DNA from: an uncultured Bacteroidia bacterium
GTDB taxonomy: Bacteria > Bacteroidota > Bacteroidia > J057
Direction of reading: 5' to 3'
Length of the DNA stretch: 64,000 nucleotides
Assembly (NCBI GenBank): GCA_964343195.1
Contig: CAYFIR010000007.1
Span: 14,696 to 78,695 of the forward strand
Part shown: positions 8,214 through 18,052 of the stretch, piece after piece
Numbering within the stretch: position 1 is the first letter of the stretch
Layout of the letters: every line of letters begins with the position of its first letter
Translations under genes and position numbers: made by a program
The notes under the pieces: model-generated
What the model was told of the DNA's origin: nothing
Seen by the model: the letters and a program-made list of their open reading frames with translations, nothing else
The model's database searches: none

Positions 8214-9845
8214 ATGCTAAAACCAGAATCAGCATACCTCCCTACTCAGGCAGACAGCTCCCCTCCCACAGGGCGGGTACTGGTCCTGGCCCCACATCCT
8301 GACGATGAGGTGTTTGGGTGTGGCGGGGCGATCATCCGGCATCTCGCACAGGGAGACGCCGTCAGGGTGATCGTGGTTACCGATGGCGGCTATGAGGCAG
8401 CAGGCCAGCTCCCCAGGAGCGAATACGTTGAAACCCGAAGGCTGGAATCGCAGCAGGCAGCACAGATCCTGAGCTATCAGGAGCCCCTATTCTGGGACTA
8501 TCCAGACCGGGGTTTGCTGTATGGAGAGGATTTGATGGGAGAATTGCGAAAGGCAATGGAAGAGTGGAAGGCGGATCATGTGTATCTGCCCGGCCCCAAT
8601 GAGGTACATCCTGACCATCAGACACTTTGTGCCGCCGGAACTGAGGCCGCGCGCCGATATGGGAAGTTACAGACGCTCCGCTACTACGAAGTGGGGCAGG
8701 CTCTTCTCCCCAACTTTTTCCTCGACATCACGGACCTGACCTCTCGGCTTATTTCAGCATCACAGGTATTTGAAAGTCAACTTGCCCGGCACAATTACCT
8801 GGCTTTTCTCAAAGGGCGCTGGGCCTATCGCACCTATACCCTCCCCCGTGAGATCGAAGCTGCCGAAGCCTATTTCTGCCTGACTGTCCAGGAAATCGCT
8901 CAGTCGGCAGCGGTAACGCCATTTTCCTTGCCGGATCAGGATATGCGGAAGCCCAATGCACTGGCCGCCCACGAGCGACCGTTGATCTCGGTCATCGTTC
9001 GCAGCGTTGGAGACCCCCACTTACCGAAGACCCTGGCCTCAATCGCCAATCAGAGTTATCCAAAAGTTGAGGTGATCGTGGTCGATGCCAAAGGTGAGGA
9101 AGGGATCAACATTGATAACCCACCCACACGGTTTCCCCTGCGGATGGTCTCACATGGTGGTCCACTATCCCGGCCTCAAGCCGCCAATGTGGGCCTCGAT
9201 GCCATTAAGGGAGCATTCTTCGCCTTTCTGGATGATGACGACTATTGGTACCCGCATCATCTGCACTCGCTTCACGAGGCCCTGATCGACAGCAAATCCA
9301 TAGCCGCCTACGCTCCGATGGAATGGATCAAGCCCAACGGGGAAAAAGGCCGCATGGAAGCTCCTTTTGTATTTCCGCTGGCATTGAAAGACAACGCTGT
9401 GCCCAATCACGCCATTCTCTTTCGCAGTGAAATGCTGGATGCCGGTCTGCGCTTTGATCCCCAACTCCCCGTGTATGAAGACTGGGATTTTTTACTTCAG
9501 GCCCGAACCGCGGGTCCATTGGCACGGGTGGACGACATCGGAGGGGTGTACCGCATATTGAATCGATCGGGAGTCCATCATGAGAGTGACCTGCGGGATT
9601 CCTGCCGAGCCTATCTGCGAAGGAAATGGGGCAAGCGATTGAGCGAGATGGACATTTTTGAAGGCATTCTGCTTCAGGAACTCGCTCAGCTGGAGGAGCA
9701 GCATCAGCGGGAGAAGGAGGAACTTCGTCACACGCGAGATCGCCTGGAGGGCCAGCTCAAATCGCTCACGAACAGCCGAAGCTGGCGCTACACACGCTGG
9801 TTTCGCAGGCTATTCGATCAGCTAAATGGAGAACACCATGCATGA
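8214..9845 (+). CDS. Fusion protein: PIG-L/LmbE-family de-N-acetylase, then a GT2 glycosyltransferase, then a C-terminal coiled-coil/amphipathic tail
   Basis: N-terminal 'VLVLAPHPDDEVFGCGGAI...VTDG' (LmbE zinc-deacetylase signature). Middle 'ISVIVRSVGDPHLPKTLASIANQSYPKVEVIVVDAKG...FLDDDDYWYPHHL' (GT2). C-terminal 'QELAQLEEQHQREKEELRHTRDRLEGQLKSL' plus a basic-aromatic tail 'RSWRYTRWFRRLF'. Confidence 0.7.
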   Translation: MLKPESAYLPTQADSSPPTGRVLVLAPHPDDEVFGCGGAIIRHLAQGDAVRVIVVTDGGYEAAGQLPRSEYVETRRLESQQAAQILSYQEPLFWDYPDRGLLYGEDLMGELRKAMEEWKADHVYLPGPNEVHPDHQTLCAAGTEAARRYGKLQTLRYYEVGQALLPNFFLDITDLTSRLISASQVFESQLARHNYLAFLKGRWAYRTYTLPREIEAAEAYFCLTVQEIAQSAAVTPFSLPDQDMRKPNALAAHERPLISVIVRSVGDPHLPKTLASIANQSYPKVEVIVVDAKGEEGINIDNPPTRFPLRMVSHGGPLSRPQAANVGLDAIKGAFFAFLDDDDYWYPHHLHSLHEALIDSKSIAAYAPMEWIKPNGEKGRMEAPFVFPLALKDNAVPNHAILFRSEMLDAGLRFDPQLPVYEDWDFLLQARTAGPLARVDDIGGVYRILNRSGVHHESDLRDSCRAYLRRKWGKRLSEMDIFEGILLQELAQLEEQHQREKEELRHTRDRLEGQLKSLTNSRSWRYTRWFRRLFDQLNGEHHA

Positions 9846-11130
9846 ACACCCCATCAAGGTAGAGGATCTGGGTAAGGTATATCGGCTATACCAGCACCCT
9901 TTTGACCGCCTCAAGGAACTACTTCATCCTCGACGAAAGGCCTATCATCAGCGCTTTCAGGCACTGGGTGATGTTTCTTTTGAAGTAGGCAAAGGGGAAA
10001 CAGTAGGCCTGATCGGTCCCAATGGCAGCGGGAAATCCACTCTGCTGAAAATGCTGGCTTCAGTCGTAACGCCCACTACTGGCACAGTACATTGCAAAGG
10101 CCGGGTATCGGCCATGCTGGAACTGGGCAGCGGATTTAACCCGGAATTGACCGGGCTTCAAAATGTGTACTTCTATGGTGCGGTGATCGGCATGAGCCAG
10201 GTGGAAATTGACGATTTGCTACCGGGGATTCTCGACTTTGCGGATATTGGCGACTTCATTCACCAACCTGTCAAGCAGTATTCCAGCGGCATGTACGTGC
10301 GCCTGGCCTTTGCAGTGGCGATACAATTGAACCCCGACATCCTGCTGATCGACGAAGCCCTGTCCGTTGGGGACCTGTTTTTTCAACAGAAGTGCTTTCG
10401 GAAAATTCGCGAAATCAGGCAGCAGGGATGCACCATCGTATTTTGCTCCCACGACCTACGGGCCATACAAAACTTTTGTGACCGAGTCATCTGGCTGGAG
10501 AAGGGAAAAATCAAGCAGATTGGCCCTACCAAGCTGGTGATGGAGCAGTATCAGGCTGCCAATTTCTGGGGGGATCAGCAGCAACACCGCCAATCCAGGC
10601 CAGCTCATCATGACAGCATAACTCCCCCCAACGGAGCCCCCGAGGGCCTAAACTGGTATGCCCTCGCCCGGCATGAAAACTACGGTGAGGGTAAGGCCCG
10701 ACTCCTCGCCGTGGGGATGGAGCCACACCTGGAGTCAATATGTCGACAGCTTCAGGGCCAGGAGACGTTCAGCTGCTACTTTCAGGTGCGATGCAGCCAG
10801 CCACTGGATGCAGCAGCCCTCGGATTTCAGGTCATGAACCAGATAGGGGAAGTAGCCCTCGGCCTAAACAACTGGCTCTTTGAACAGCCTTTTGCATTGC
10901 CCGAAGGAAAGTCCATCCTGAAAGTCAGCTTTGAACTGCCAAGGCTCGCCAATGGCCCCTATGCCCTTTCCGTAGGGCTTGCTGTGGGAGCGCCTCCTAC
11001 AATTGACATTCAACACTTTGTACACGAGTGGATGGTAATAGAGTTTGCAACAGAAGGGCCAAAGCGTTTTTCTGTAGGGCAAGTGATGCCATCAGTCGCC
11101 TCATTTTCCATTATTGACCCCTCACCATGA
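9826..11130 (+). CDS. wzt: ABC-2 polysaccharide exporter ATP-binding subunit (Wzt/KpsT/TagH-like) with an extended C-terminal domain
   Basis: Walker A 'GLIGPNGSGKSTLLKML', ABC signature 'YSSGMYVRLAFAVA', Walker B 'ILLIDEALSVGD'. About 185 extra C-terminal residues follow, as in Wzt proteins that carry a glycan-terminus-binding domain. An alternative start at 9838 is possible. Confidence 0.85.
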   Translation: MENTMHEHPIKVEDLGKVYRLYQHPFDRLKELLHPRRKAYHQRFQALGDVSFEVGKGETVGLIGPNGSGKSTLLKMLASVVTPTTGTVHCKGRVSAMLELGSGFNPELTGLQNVYFYGAVIGMSQVEIDDLLPGILDFADIGDFIHQPVKQYSSGMYVRLAFAVAIQLNPDILLIDEALSVGDLFFQQKCFRKIREIRQQGCTIVFCSHDLRAIQNFCDRVIWLEKGKIKQIGPTKLVMEQYQAANFWGDQQQHRQSRPAHHDSITPPNGAPEGLNWYALARHENYGEGKARLLAVGMEPHLESICRQLQGQETFSCYFQVRCSQPLDAAALGFQVMNQIGEVALGLNNWLFEQPFALPEGKSILKVSFELPRLANGPYALSVGLAVGAPPTIDIQHFVHEWMVIEFATEGPKRFSVGQVMPSVASFSIIDPSP

Positions 11131-11942
11131 TACAGCATATCCAGCATTTTGGTCTGTTTATAAACCGCATCGTGCAACAGCGATACGTCATCCAACAAAT
11201 GGTCAGACGTGACTTTCAGGTTCGCTATCTGGGGTCCTACCTGGGGCTTTTCTGGGCTTTTGCCCAGCCACTGGTCATGCTGGCGGTTATATACTTTGCC
11301 TTTTCCTATGGATTGCGCCTCAATCTGGCTTCCGGGGAATACCCCTTTGCGCTCTGGCTGGTCTGTGGACTGGTGCCCTGGCAATTCATGCAGGAGGCCA
11401 TCGGTGGGGGCACAGACTCTCTGCTGGCATACAGCTACCTGATCAGGAAGACGGCATTCTCCCGAGGAATTATCCCCTTGATAAAAGTATTCACCAGCCT
11501 GATCCTTCACCTGGTGTTGCTCCTGCTCCTGCTCATCTGGGTGTGGGCAGCGGGTTTTGCTCCCGGCTGGCACTGGCTCCAACTCCCCTATTACCTACTG
11601 GCCAGTTTCCTGATGCTCAGTGGACTGGGCTGGTTGCTGGGCAGTCTATCGGTATTTGTACGGGATATAGGCCTGGCGGTAAAGCTGGGACTGGGGCTAC
11701 TGTTCTGGCTCACACCGATCTTCTGGTCGCCCGAGATGATCGCTTCCGAGTGGCGTTTTCTGATCTGGGCCAATCCCCTCTATTTTCTGGTGCAGGGCTA
11801 TCGGTCGGTACTATTGGAAGGGATGTGGTTTTGGGAAATACCTGTCTATCAAGCTTATAGCTGGGGAATCAGCACTTTTATGTTTGTAGCTGGCGCAATG
11901 GTATTCCGTCGGCTCCGGCCTCATTTTGCAGATATGCTATGA
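11127..11942 (+). CDS. wzm: ABC-2 type transporter permease (Wzm-like)
   Basis: Six hydrophobic segments. It sits immediately downstream of the ATPase and overlaps it by 4 bp. The size (~270 aa) and topology are typical of ABC-2 permeases. Confidence 0.8.
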   Translation: MIQHIQHFGLFINRIVQQRYVIQQMVRRDFQVRYLGSYLGLFWAFAQPLVMLAVIYFAFSYGLRLNLASGEYPFALWLVCGLVPWQFMQEAIGGGTDSLLAYSYLIRKTAFSRGIIPLIKVFTSLILHLVLLLLLLIWVWAAGFAPGWHWLQLPYYLLASFLMLSGLGWLLGSLSVFVRDIGLAVKLGLGLLFWLTPIFWSPEMIASEWRFLIWANPLYFLVQGYRSVLLEGMWFWEIPVYQAYSWGISTFMFVAGAMVFRRLRPHFADML

Positions 11943-13249
11943 TGGAGATGAAATGGATCGGAATTATAATGGGAATCGCCCTCGGCATGGGCGTGCTGAT
12001 CTGGCACCTATATTCCCATAAGCCAAATGGCCGCCTGGGCAAGCGTCTTCACTACTCGGTGCGTTACTGGATCAACCGGCTTCGCTCCATACTGAGCAAT
12101 CACTTATGGCTGTCCGTAATTGTCTGGATGGGCAAATCCAGAAACTCCTCCTCCCCTGAAAAAAAAATGATCCTCGTCTCGGGCGAACCAGGCTCTGCGG
12201 GGCACCGCTACCGGATCATCCACATGGCCGAAAGCCTCCGCGAACTGGGGTGGCAAGTGTCTATCTATACCAGTGCCGATTTTCGCTTTCGGCTGTATCG
12301 CCTGGCCCAGGTCCAATGGGTACACTGCTGGCGCGTTGACTTTCGTCCCTGGCACAAAGACTGGGACAGATTTCGCGCTCTGGTAGCTCGCTTTGGGCTG
12401 CGCTGGAGCTATGACCTGGACGATTATCTATTTGAACCACAAATCGCTACGCCTCAGTACATGGACTGGCTACGGGTTTTGGGTATTTCTACAGATCACA
12501 TACAGTCCTATGCCATTAGCCAGCAGAAAGTCATGGCAGCGGCAGACATCTTCACTGCCCCAACAAGGTACCTCGCAGATGCTGGCCGAAACCTAAACCC
12601 AGCGGTGGCCCTACTCCCCAATGGCTACGACGAGGAAGCCAGGACCCTTTCGGACTCTTTAAGGACTCGATCGGCTGCGGGAGATGGGCTATTGAGAATT
12701 GGCTATGCTGGAGGAAGCCTTTCTCATCAGCGCGATTTTCAGACCATTGTTCCAGCCCTAGCCAAAGTGCTTGCCCGGTATCACGAGACCCGACTGGTTG
12801 TTTTTGGGAAGATGCTAAGCATCAGCGAGTTTCCGGCTCTGGCTCCCTTTAGGCACCAAATCGAAGACCGCAACTGGGTACCCCAAACCCATCTGCCTCA
12901 GGAGCTAGCCAGGTTTGACATCAACCTGGCTCCGTTGGAGATACAACCTTTCTGCCATGCAAAAAGCGAACTTAAATATTTCGAGGCCGCTTTAGTAGGA
13001 GTTCCGACGGTCGCTTCGCCAACAGCCCCCTTCAAAGAGGCCATCCAGGATGGGGAAACCGGACTGCTGGCTACTTCTCCACAGGAATGGGAAGAGGCCC
13101 TCATATGCCTCATCGAAAACCCCCAGAAGCGATTTGAGATGGGCCAAAAAGCCCGTCAGGAGGTCTATCGGGTGTTTGGTCCAGCGGCCAGAAAGGAAGC
13201 CCTAACCAACCTGATTCAGCAATTACAGCTACCGCCTCATCCTTCCTGA
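11939..13249 (+). CDS. GT4-family glycosyltransferase (Glycos_transf_1)
   Basis: C-terminal 'KYFEAALVGVPTVASPTAPFKEAIQDGETGLLA', the characteristic E-x7-E region of GT4/GT-B retaining glycosyltransferases. Confidence 0.75.
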   Translation: MMEMKWIGIIMGIALGMGVLIWHLYSHKPNGRLGKRLHYSVRYWINRLRSILSNHLWLSVIVWMGKSRNSSSPEKKMILVSGEPGSAGHRYRIIHMAESLRELGWQVSIYTSADFRFRLYRLAQVQWVHCWRVDFRPWHKDWDRFRALVARFGLRWSYDLDDYLFEPQIATPQYMDWLRVLGISTDHIQSYAISQQKVMAAADIFTAPTRYLADAGRNLNPAVALLPNGYDEEARTLSDSLRTRSAAGDGLLRIGYAGGSLSHQRDFQTIVPALAKVLARYHETRLVVFGKMLSISEFPALAPFRHQIEDRNWVPQTHLPQELARFDINLAPLEIQPFCHAKSELKYFEAALVGVPTVASPTAPFKEAIQDGETGLLATSPQEWEEALICLIENPQKRFEMGQKARQEVYRVFGPAARKEALTNLIQQLQLPPHPS

Positions 13250-13326
13250 TTGTCTCAATCCCCATCCATTTTTCGCCCATCCTGACAGAAACACATTCTC
13301 CCACGTCATACCCAAGTCACTAAAAT

Positions 13327-14184
13327 ATGCGCATTCCCTTTTTTTCATCCCTCAGGCGTTCCCGCCCATATCGTACCCGTCGCAACCTCATCCTGGAACA
13401 CCTGGACCTGTCCAGACCGGGCCTAGAAATAGGGCCAGGGCCACATCCGCTGGTTCCCAAGCGAGATGGGCATCCAGTGAAAACCCTGGACTGGATGGAC
13501 CAGGAAGGCTTGCAAAAACGGTGCAGAGAGGAAGGTGGAGGGGATCCTCAAAACATCGAGTTTGTGGACTTTGTCTGGCAGGGAGAGCCCTATGCCGAGC
13601 TGATTGGGGAAGAGAAAGCTTTTGAATGGATTGTGGCTTCACACGTCGTCGAGCATGTCCCCGACCTCGTAGCCTTTCTCCGGAACTGTTCCGATGTCCT
13701 TTCCGATCAGGGAATTCTTTCGCTGGCCGTGCCGGATAAGCGGTACTGCTTTGACCACTTTCGCACACTTTCATCCCTTTCCCAGGTAATCGATGCCCAT
13801 CTGCAAAATCGTACCCGGCACACCACAGGTACTCTCTATGAGTACCTGTTACACACTACCCTTCTCAACGGCACGGGTGCCTGGGGCAAGGGTAGCAAAG
13901 GGACTTTTGCCCTCAGCTACCCCAGGGAAACTCCTGAAGAAATGTATCTGGAAAAGATCAAGGGTCCCGAATACATTGATGCTCACGGATGGACTTTTAC
14001 CCCCTCCTCCTTCCGATTACTTATCCAGGAACTAAATCTGCTGGGTTTTACCGACCTGAAGGAATATTCATTCTCGCCGTCGCTGGGGTGCGAATTTTTC
14101 ATAACGCTTAGCAGAAAGGGCAAGGGCAGCGGCCTGAATCGCCTGGAACTATTTCACGATATAGAGCGGGAAATCAAGGCTTAG
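13327..14184 (+). CDS. Class I SAM-dependent methyltransferase
   Basis: 'LEIGPGPHP' (G-rich loop) and 'WIVASHVVEHVPDLVAFLRNCSDVLSDQGILSLAVP' (Methyltransf_11/23-like). Confidence 0.55.
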   Translation: MRIPFFSSLRRSRPYRTRRNLILEHLDLSRPGLEIGPGPHPLVPKRDGHPVKTLDWMDQEGLQKRCREEGGGDPQNIEFVDFVWQGEPYAELIGEEKAFEWIVASHVVEHVPDLVAFLRNCSDVLSDQGILSLAVPDKRYCFDHFRTLSSLSQVIDAHLQNRTRHTTGTLYEYLLHTTLLNGTGAWGKGSKGTFALSYPRETPEEMYLEKIKGPEYIDAHGWTFTPSSFRLLIQELNLLGFTDLKEYSFSPSLGCEFFITLSRKGKGSGLNRLELFHDIEREIKA

Positions 14185-15050
14185 TCCTCCCTTTCCTTTT
14201 GCCAATAAACCCCGGTCCAGTCGATGGTCTGGATAGGGATCCTGATTCCCCGGCTGCTGCGAAAGTCATCGACCGCCTTTTTGCAGGGAGGCAAAGCTCC
14301 GTAGTCATCGACAATGATAAACCCGCCGGGACTCACCCGGTCATATAGGCTTTCCAGGGTCTCTATGGTGGAGGAATACAGGTCTCCATCCAGCCGCAAC
14401 AGAGCTATTTGCTGGATGGGGGCTTCAGGCAGGGTGTCCTTAAACCAGCCTTTGAGAAAGCGTACCCTGTGGTCCAGCAGGTCAAAGCGAGTAAAATTGA
14501 GCTTGACCTCCTCCTGAGAGATCGCCAGCGAAGGATACTGCTCTTTGCTGAGGTCATAGCCTTCATCTGCCTCGTGATAAGCTGCAGGGAGGCCCTCAAA
14601 GGAATCAGCCACCCATGTTACCCGATTTTCGCCAAAGGCCTCGATCAACGCCCGGAGGAAGATGGCTGCCCCACCCCGCCATACGCCACATTCGATAAAA
14701 TCTCCAGGGATGCCCCGTTTGAAAATTTCCTCTGCGCAATATCGGAGGTTCTCCAGGCGCTTTTTCCCTATCATGGAGTAAGTAAACACGGCCAGATTCA
14801 CATCATCGTCGATGTGCCGCCCCTGATCACGCATGGACTCGAACCGGAGCGTTTCTTCTTTGCCCAACGTACGCCGTATGTCGATCAATTCCCTGGCGAG
14901 CGTATGGGGGCTTTTGTCCATTCTCTGTCGGTAGAGGTAGCGAATGCGCATCTCATTTTCGAGCTGAATTTCATTGAGAATGGTTTTGGCAACCAAATCG
15001 AGGTATCGATCCCGAAGAGTGGTCTGTGTATCAGTAGCTTTAGGAAGCAT
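14181..15050 (-). CDS. TylF/MycF-family (macrocin O-methyltransferase-like) sugar O-methyltransferase
   Basis: 'GDFIECGVWRGGAAIFLRAL...VADSFEGLP' and 'GGFIIVDDY'. Its 3' end overlaps the convergent methyltransferase by 4 bp. Confidence 0.8.
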   Translation of the reverse strand: MLPKATDTQTTLRDRYLDLVAKTILNEIQLENEMRIRYLYRQRMDKSPHTLARELIDIRRTLGKEETLRFESMRDQGRHIDDDVNLAVFTYSMIGKKRLENLRYCAEEIFKRGIPGDFIECGVWRGGAAIFLRALIEAFGENRVTWVADSFEGLPAAYHEADEGYDLSKEQYPSLAISQEEVKLNFTRFDLLDHRVRFLKGWFKDTLPEAPIQQIALLRLDGDLYSSTIETLESLYDRVSPGGFIIVDDYGALPPCKKAVDDFRSSRGIRIPIQTIDWTGVYWQKERED

Positions 15051-15149
15051 AGGCGAAAGGTTGAAGGAGTTCGGAGTTCGGAGTTAAATTCTGGCTATCA
15101 GACACTTACCCAGGTTTTAAATGGATAAATATTGCCTTCCCAAAGGAGA

Positions 15150-15998
15150 TTAGAATCCCCATGAGGAGATGCTGAATCCGGTCTCACGATTAAGTATCTT
15201 CAGATCCGGAGTAAGCTTTTCTCGGCAAAAATCCATCAGTTCCCTGGAAAGTTCTGGTCGATCAAGCGGCCTGGAAAAGGGAAACTGAAGCCAGTTACGC
15301 GGGCGAATCCTGTAATGAGATGGAAGCAATGACAATGGTGCTTCCAGCAGCGGTTGCAACTTTTGCCCGGCCGGAGTCAAGGCACGCTTGCGACTACTCT
15401 GATTGTGAAGCTGGTTCCAGTCGGGGTGCTGAAAATCCGGGTCAACGCCCAGAAATTGAAAAATCCGGGCGAGGGTTTGGGTACGGTGCTGCGCCAGGTC
15501 TTCCTGCCTGACCAACAGAAAATCGTCCAGGGCATAATATTTCAGGTATTGCTGGAGTTGCAGCCAGTACCGGCTGCGGTCGATCAGGTGGGCATAGGGC
15601 GGGTGCTCCAGAACTTTTTCTATCGGCTGATGTACGATGCCCAACCCGCGTAGCTGGAGATAGTCCGATACCAGGCGCTTAATGGGATCTCCCATCAGGT
15701 AAATGAATCGCGGCTTCTCGATGGTTTGGGAAATGCGCTGTGGCACTCCTTTGTAGAAGGGATACATGGTGTACCAGGGAGAAACTTCCACCCGTACGCC
15801 TCCTTCTCCCTTGAAGAATCCTCCATACCACTTTCTCCCTTTATGCCAGTTCCCTTCCTCCACAAAGAAATTCAGCTCCTTCACCCGTGCCATGTCTATC
15901 TCAGGATGGCGGCTCAGGTAATGAAACAGGCTGGTGGTCCCGCACTTCATGGCCCCAATCACCAGTACCTCAGGCATACGCATCATCGGAGTAAGCAT
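15150..15998 (-). CDS. Sulfotransferase (PAPS-dependent), paralogous to 3200..4078
   Basis: '[18 protein letters not shown]' (5'-PSB), '[16 protein letters not shown]' (3'-PB-like) and 'FQFLGVD'. Confidence 0.7.
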   Translation of the reverse strand: MLTPMMRMPEVLVIGAMKCGTTSLFHYLSRHPEIDMARVKELNFFVEEGNWHKGRKWYGGFFKGEGGVRVEVSPWYTMYPFYKGVPQRISQTIEKPRFIYLMGDPIKRLVSDYLQLRGLGIVHQPIEKVLEHPPYAHLIDRSRYWLQLQQYLKYYALDDFLLVRQEDLAQHRTQTLARIFQFLGVDPDFQHPDWNQLHNQSSRKRALTPAGQKLQPLLEAPLSLLPSHYRIRPRNWLQFPFSRPLDRPELSRELMDFCREKLTPDLKILNRETGFSISSWGF

Positions 15999-17634
15999 AG
16001 CTAGATGGTTTGGGGGTGCCTTTTGCGACTTTGGATGAAGCGGTCCTGACTTCGTGGTAGTCTTTCTCGGTATTAATCCGCCAAATGCGGTGTTTTTCTT
16101 GTGCCCTGTCCTGACGGATCAGTTCGACTGCCTCCATCGCTGCCAGCATGGAATGGTCCTGGTTGTTGTAGCGGTGCATGCCATTGCGGCCAACGGGATA
16201 CAGGTTGTGAAACTGCCCAAGCCATTCGGTCAGGTGTGGCAACTCCTCGTAGGTTCCAAAATAGGCAGGGTATGCCTTGGGCATGCGGATCACCACTGTA
16301 TCCAGCACTTCTGCCTGATCTATGAACCCTAATTGGACCAGTTCCGCGACGCAAAGATCCTGAAGTTCCTGGTCGCTTTTTTGTCCAAGCTCTCCATCCA
16401 GGTCGCAAAAATACTCTGCTCCCAACCAGTAGGTTCCCGGCTGGGCCACCATCCAGGGGCTCCAGTTGTGAAACAGTTGCAGCCGACCCAGCTTTACCTC
16501 AGGCTCCTGTATATATATCCAGTTGTCGGTAGCCTCTTGCCCGTCATCTCCTACTATTTTAAGGGACTTTAGCAATACACCCACGGTAAAGAAATCTCTG
16601 TAACATAGCCCTTCCGCGATGCGATGGATTGTGGCAGGAATGGGTTCTGGCCTCCGAATGGAAGAAACCAGGTTACTGATAGGCATCGTCGATATCACAT
16701 GATCTCCATGCCAGTGTTGGGTTGTTCCTTCTTTTAGGTTTTGGGTACGGATCGATAGCACATACTGCCCATCTATCTCTATCTGGTCCACGCGCTGGTT
16801 GAAGTGAATCTCACCTCCCATTTCCACGATTTTACGTGCCACCACCTCCCATAGCTGGCCTGGGCCAAATTTGGGATACAGGAAATGCTCAATAAGGCTG
16901 GTTTCCGGATGATCTGATGACAACCTAGCCCATGGCCAAAACTGTCGCCACGCATGTAACAGAGCCGCTTTGATGCTCAATCCTTTTACCCGCTGATGGC
17001 CCCAGGCGGCGTCAATTTCTTCGCAAGGTACTCCCCAGACTTTTTCGGTATAACTCTTGAAAAAGGTTTTGTAAAGCTCTTTTCCGAAGCGATTCACCAT
17101 GAAATCAGCCAGGGACTGTTCCGGCAGCCTGGGCCAGATATGGGCTTTCAAATAGCTAATCGCCATGGGAATCAGCCGGAAAAGGCCCAGGTTCCACATC
17201 GTCCGCAGGTCAATGCGCAGGGGATAGGCATAGAACTTTCCACGGTGGTAGATGCGAGACTTGCGCTGCCGCAGCAGCATGACCTCATCCTCCTCCAGAG
17301 GATTGGGGCCACTCACTTTTGAGGTCCATTCTCTCCAGGCTCCCTGGTACCGGAGAGATAACTTTCCCTCCGCCCCTTCTTCCAGGGGAAGCAAATCCAT
17401 CCACCACTCCATCACTCGGCCAGACTTGGAAAAGAACCGGTGCCCTCCAATATCGATCCGGTTACCCTCATGGTTGACAGTGCAGGAAATCCCCCCTATC
17501 CTCTCTGTACTCTCAATCACAACAGGCTGGATATTGGTATGCTTCAGCAATTCATAGGCTGCCGTAAGGCCTGCTGGTCCGGCACCAATGATAAGCGCTC
17601 GGGCAGGCCTTGGGGAAGAATGTAAATGGTACAT
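15970..17634 (-). CDS. FAD-dependent oxidoreductase (amine-oxidase/HemY-like fold) with a UDP-galactopyranose-mutase-like motif
   Basis: Rossmann dinucleotide motif '[17 protein letters not shown]'. 'IGGHRFF' and '[16 protein letters not shown]' resemble Glf/UGM-family flavoenzymes. At 554 aa it is longer than a canonical Glf. Confidence 0.55.
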   Translation of the reverse strand: MYHLHSSPRPARALIIGAGPAGLTAAYELLKHTNIQPVVIESTERIGGISCTVNHEGNRIDIGGHRFFSKSGRVMEWWMDLLPLEEGAEGKLSLRYQGAWREWTSKVSGPNPLEEDEVMLLRQRKSRIYHRGKFYAYPLRIDLRTMWNLGLFRLIPMAISYLKAHIWPRLPEQSLADFMVNRFGKELYKTFFKSYTEKVWGVPCEEIDAAWGHQRVKGLSIKAALLHAWRQFWPWARLSSDHPETSLIEHFLYPKFGPGQLWEVVARKIVEMGGEIHFNQRVDQIEIDGQYVLSIRTQNLKEGTTQHWHGDHVISTMPISNLVSSIRRPEPIPATIHRIAEGLCYRDFFTVGVLLKSLKIVGDDGQEATDNWIYIQEPEVKLGRLQLFHNWSPWMVAQPGTYWLGAEYFCDLDGELGQKSDQELQDLCVAELVQLGFIDQAEVLDTVVIRMPKAYPAYFGTYEELPHLTEWLGQFHNLYPVGRNGMHRYNNQDHSMLAAMEAVELIRQDRAQEKHRIWRINTEKDYHEVRTASSKVAKGTPKPSSYAYSDDAYA

Positions 17635-18052
17635 GGAGGATGTTCAGGATGAGTAAGGGGAAAATGCATGAGGATCTATGCGATACTTCCCGATTACATT
17701 AGCTGTTGGAAAGCTGTCAGAATAGGGGATCACCTAAGCAATCCGAGACAACAGTAATCCTAGCACAGATTCAGAACCGGGTGAATATCTCATTATCCAA
17801 ATTCATACTGAATCACTTTCCTTACCAGACATTTTTTTAGGAATTCCAATACTATTCGACAACAGAAATTTTCTACAAACATTCAATCAACCCACTGCAA
17901 TAAACCGTCAATAGCGCTTACCGGGTACAGTATATGAAGTCCCATTCTACCTCTTCCAGTCAGCGCAGATTGAAAAACATTACATTAGCTCGCCTATGGT
18001 TACATCCTTCCAGGAATGATCGTCCAGATAAAAGCTTCTAAACTCCCGCTGA

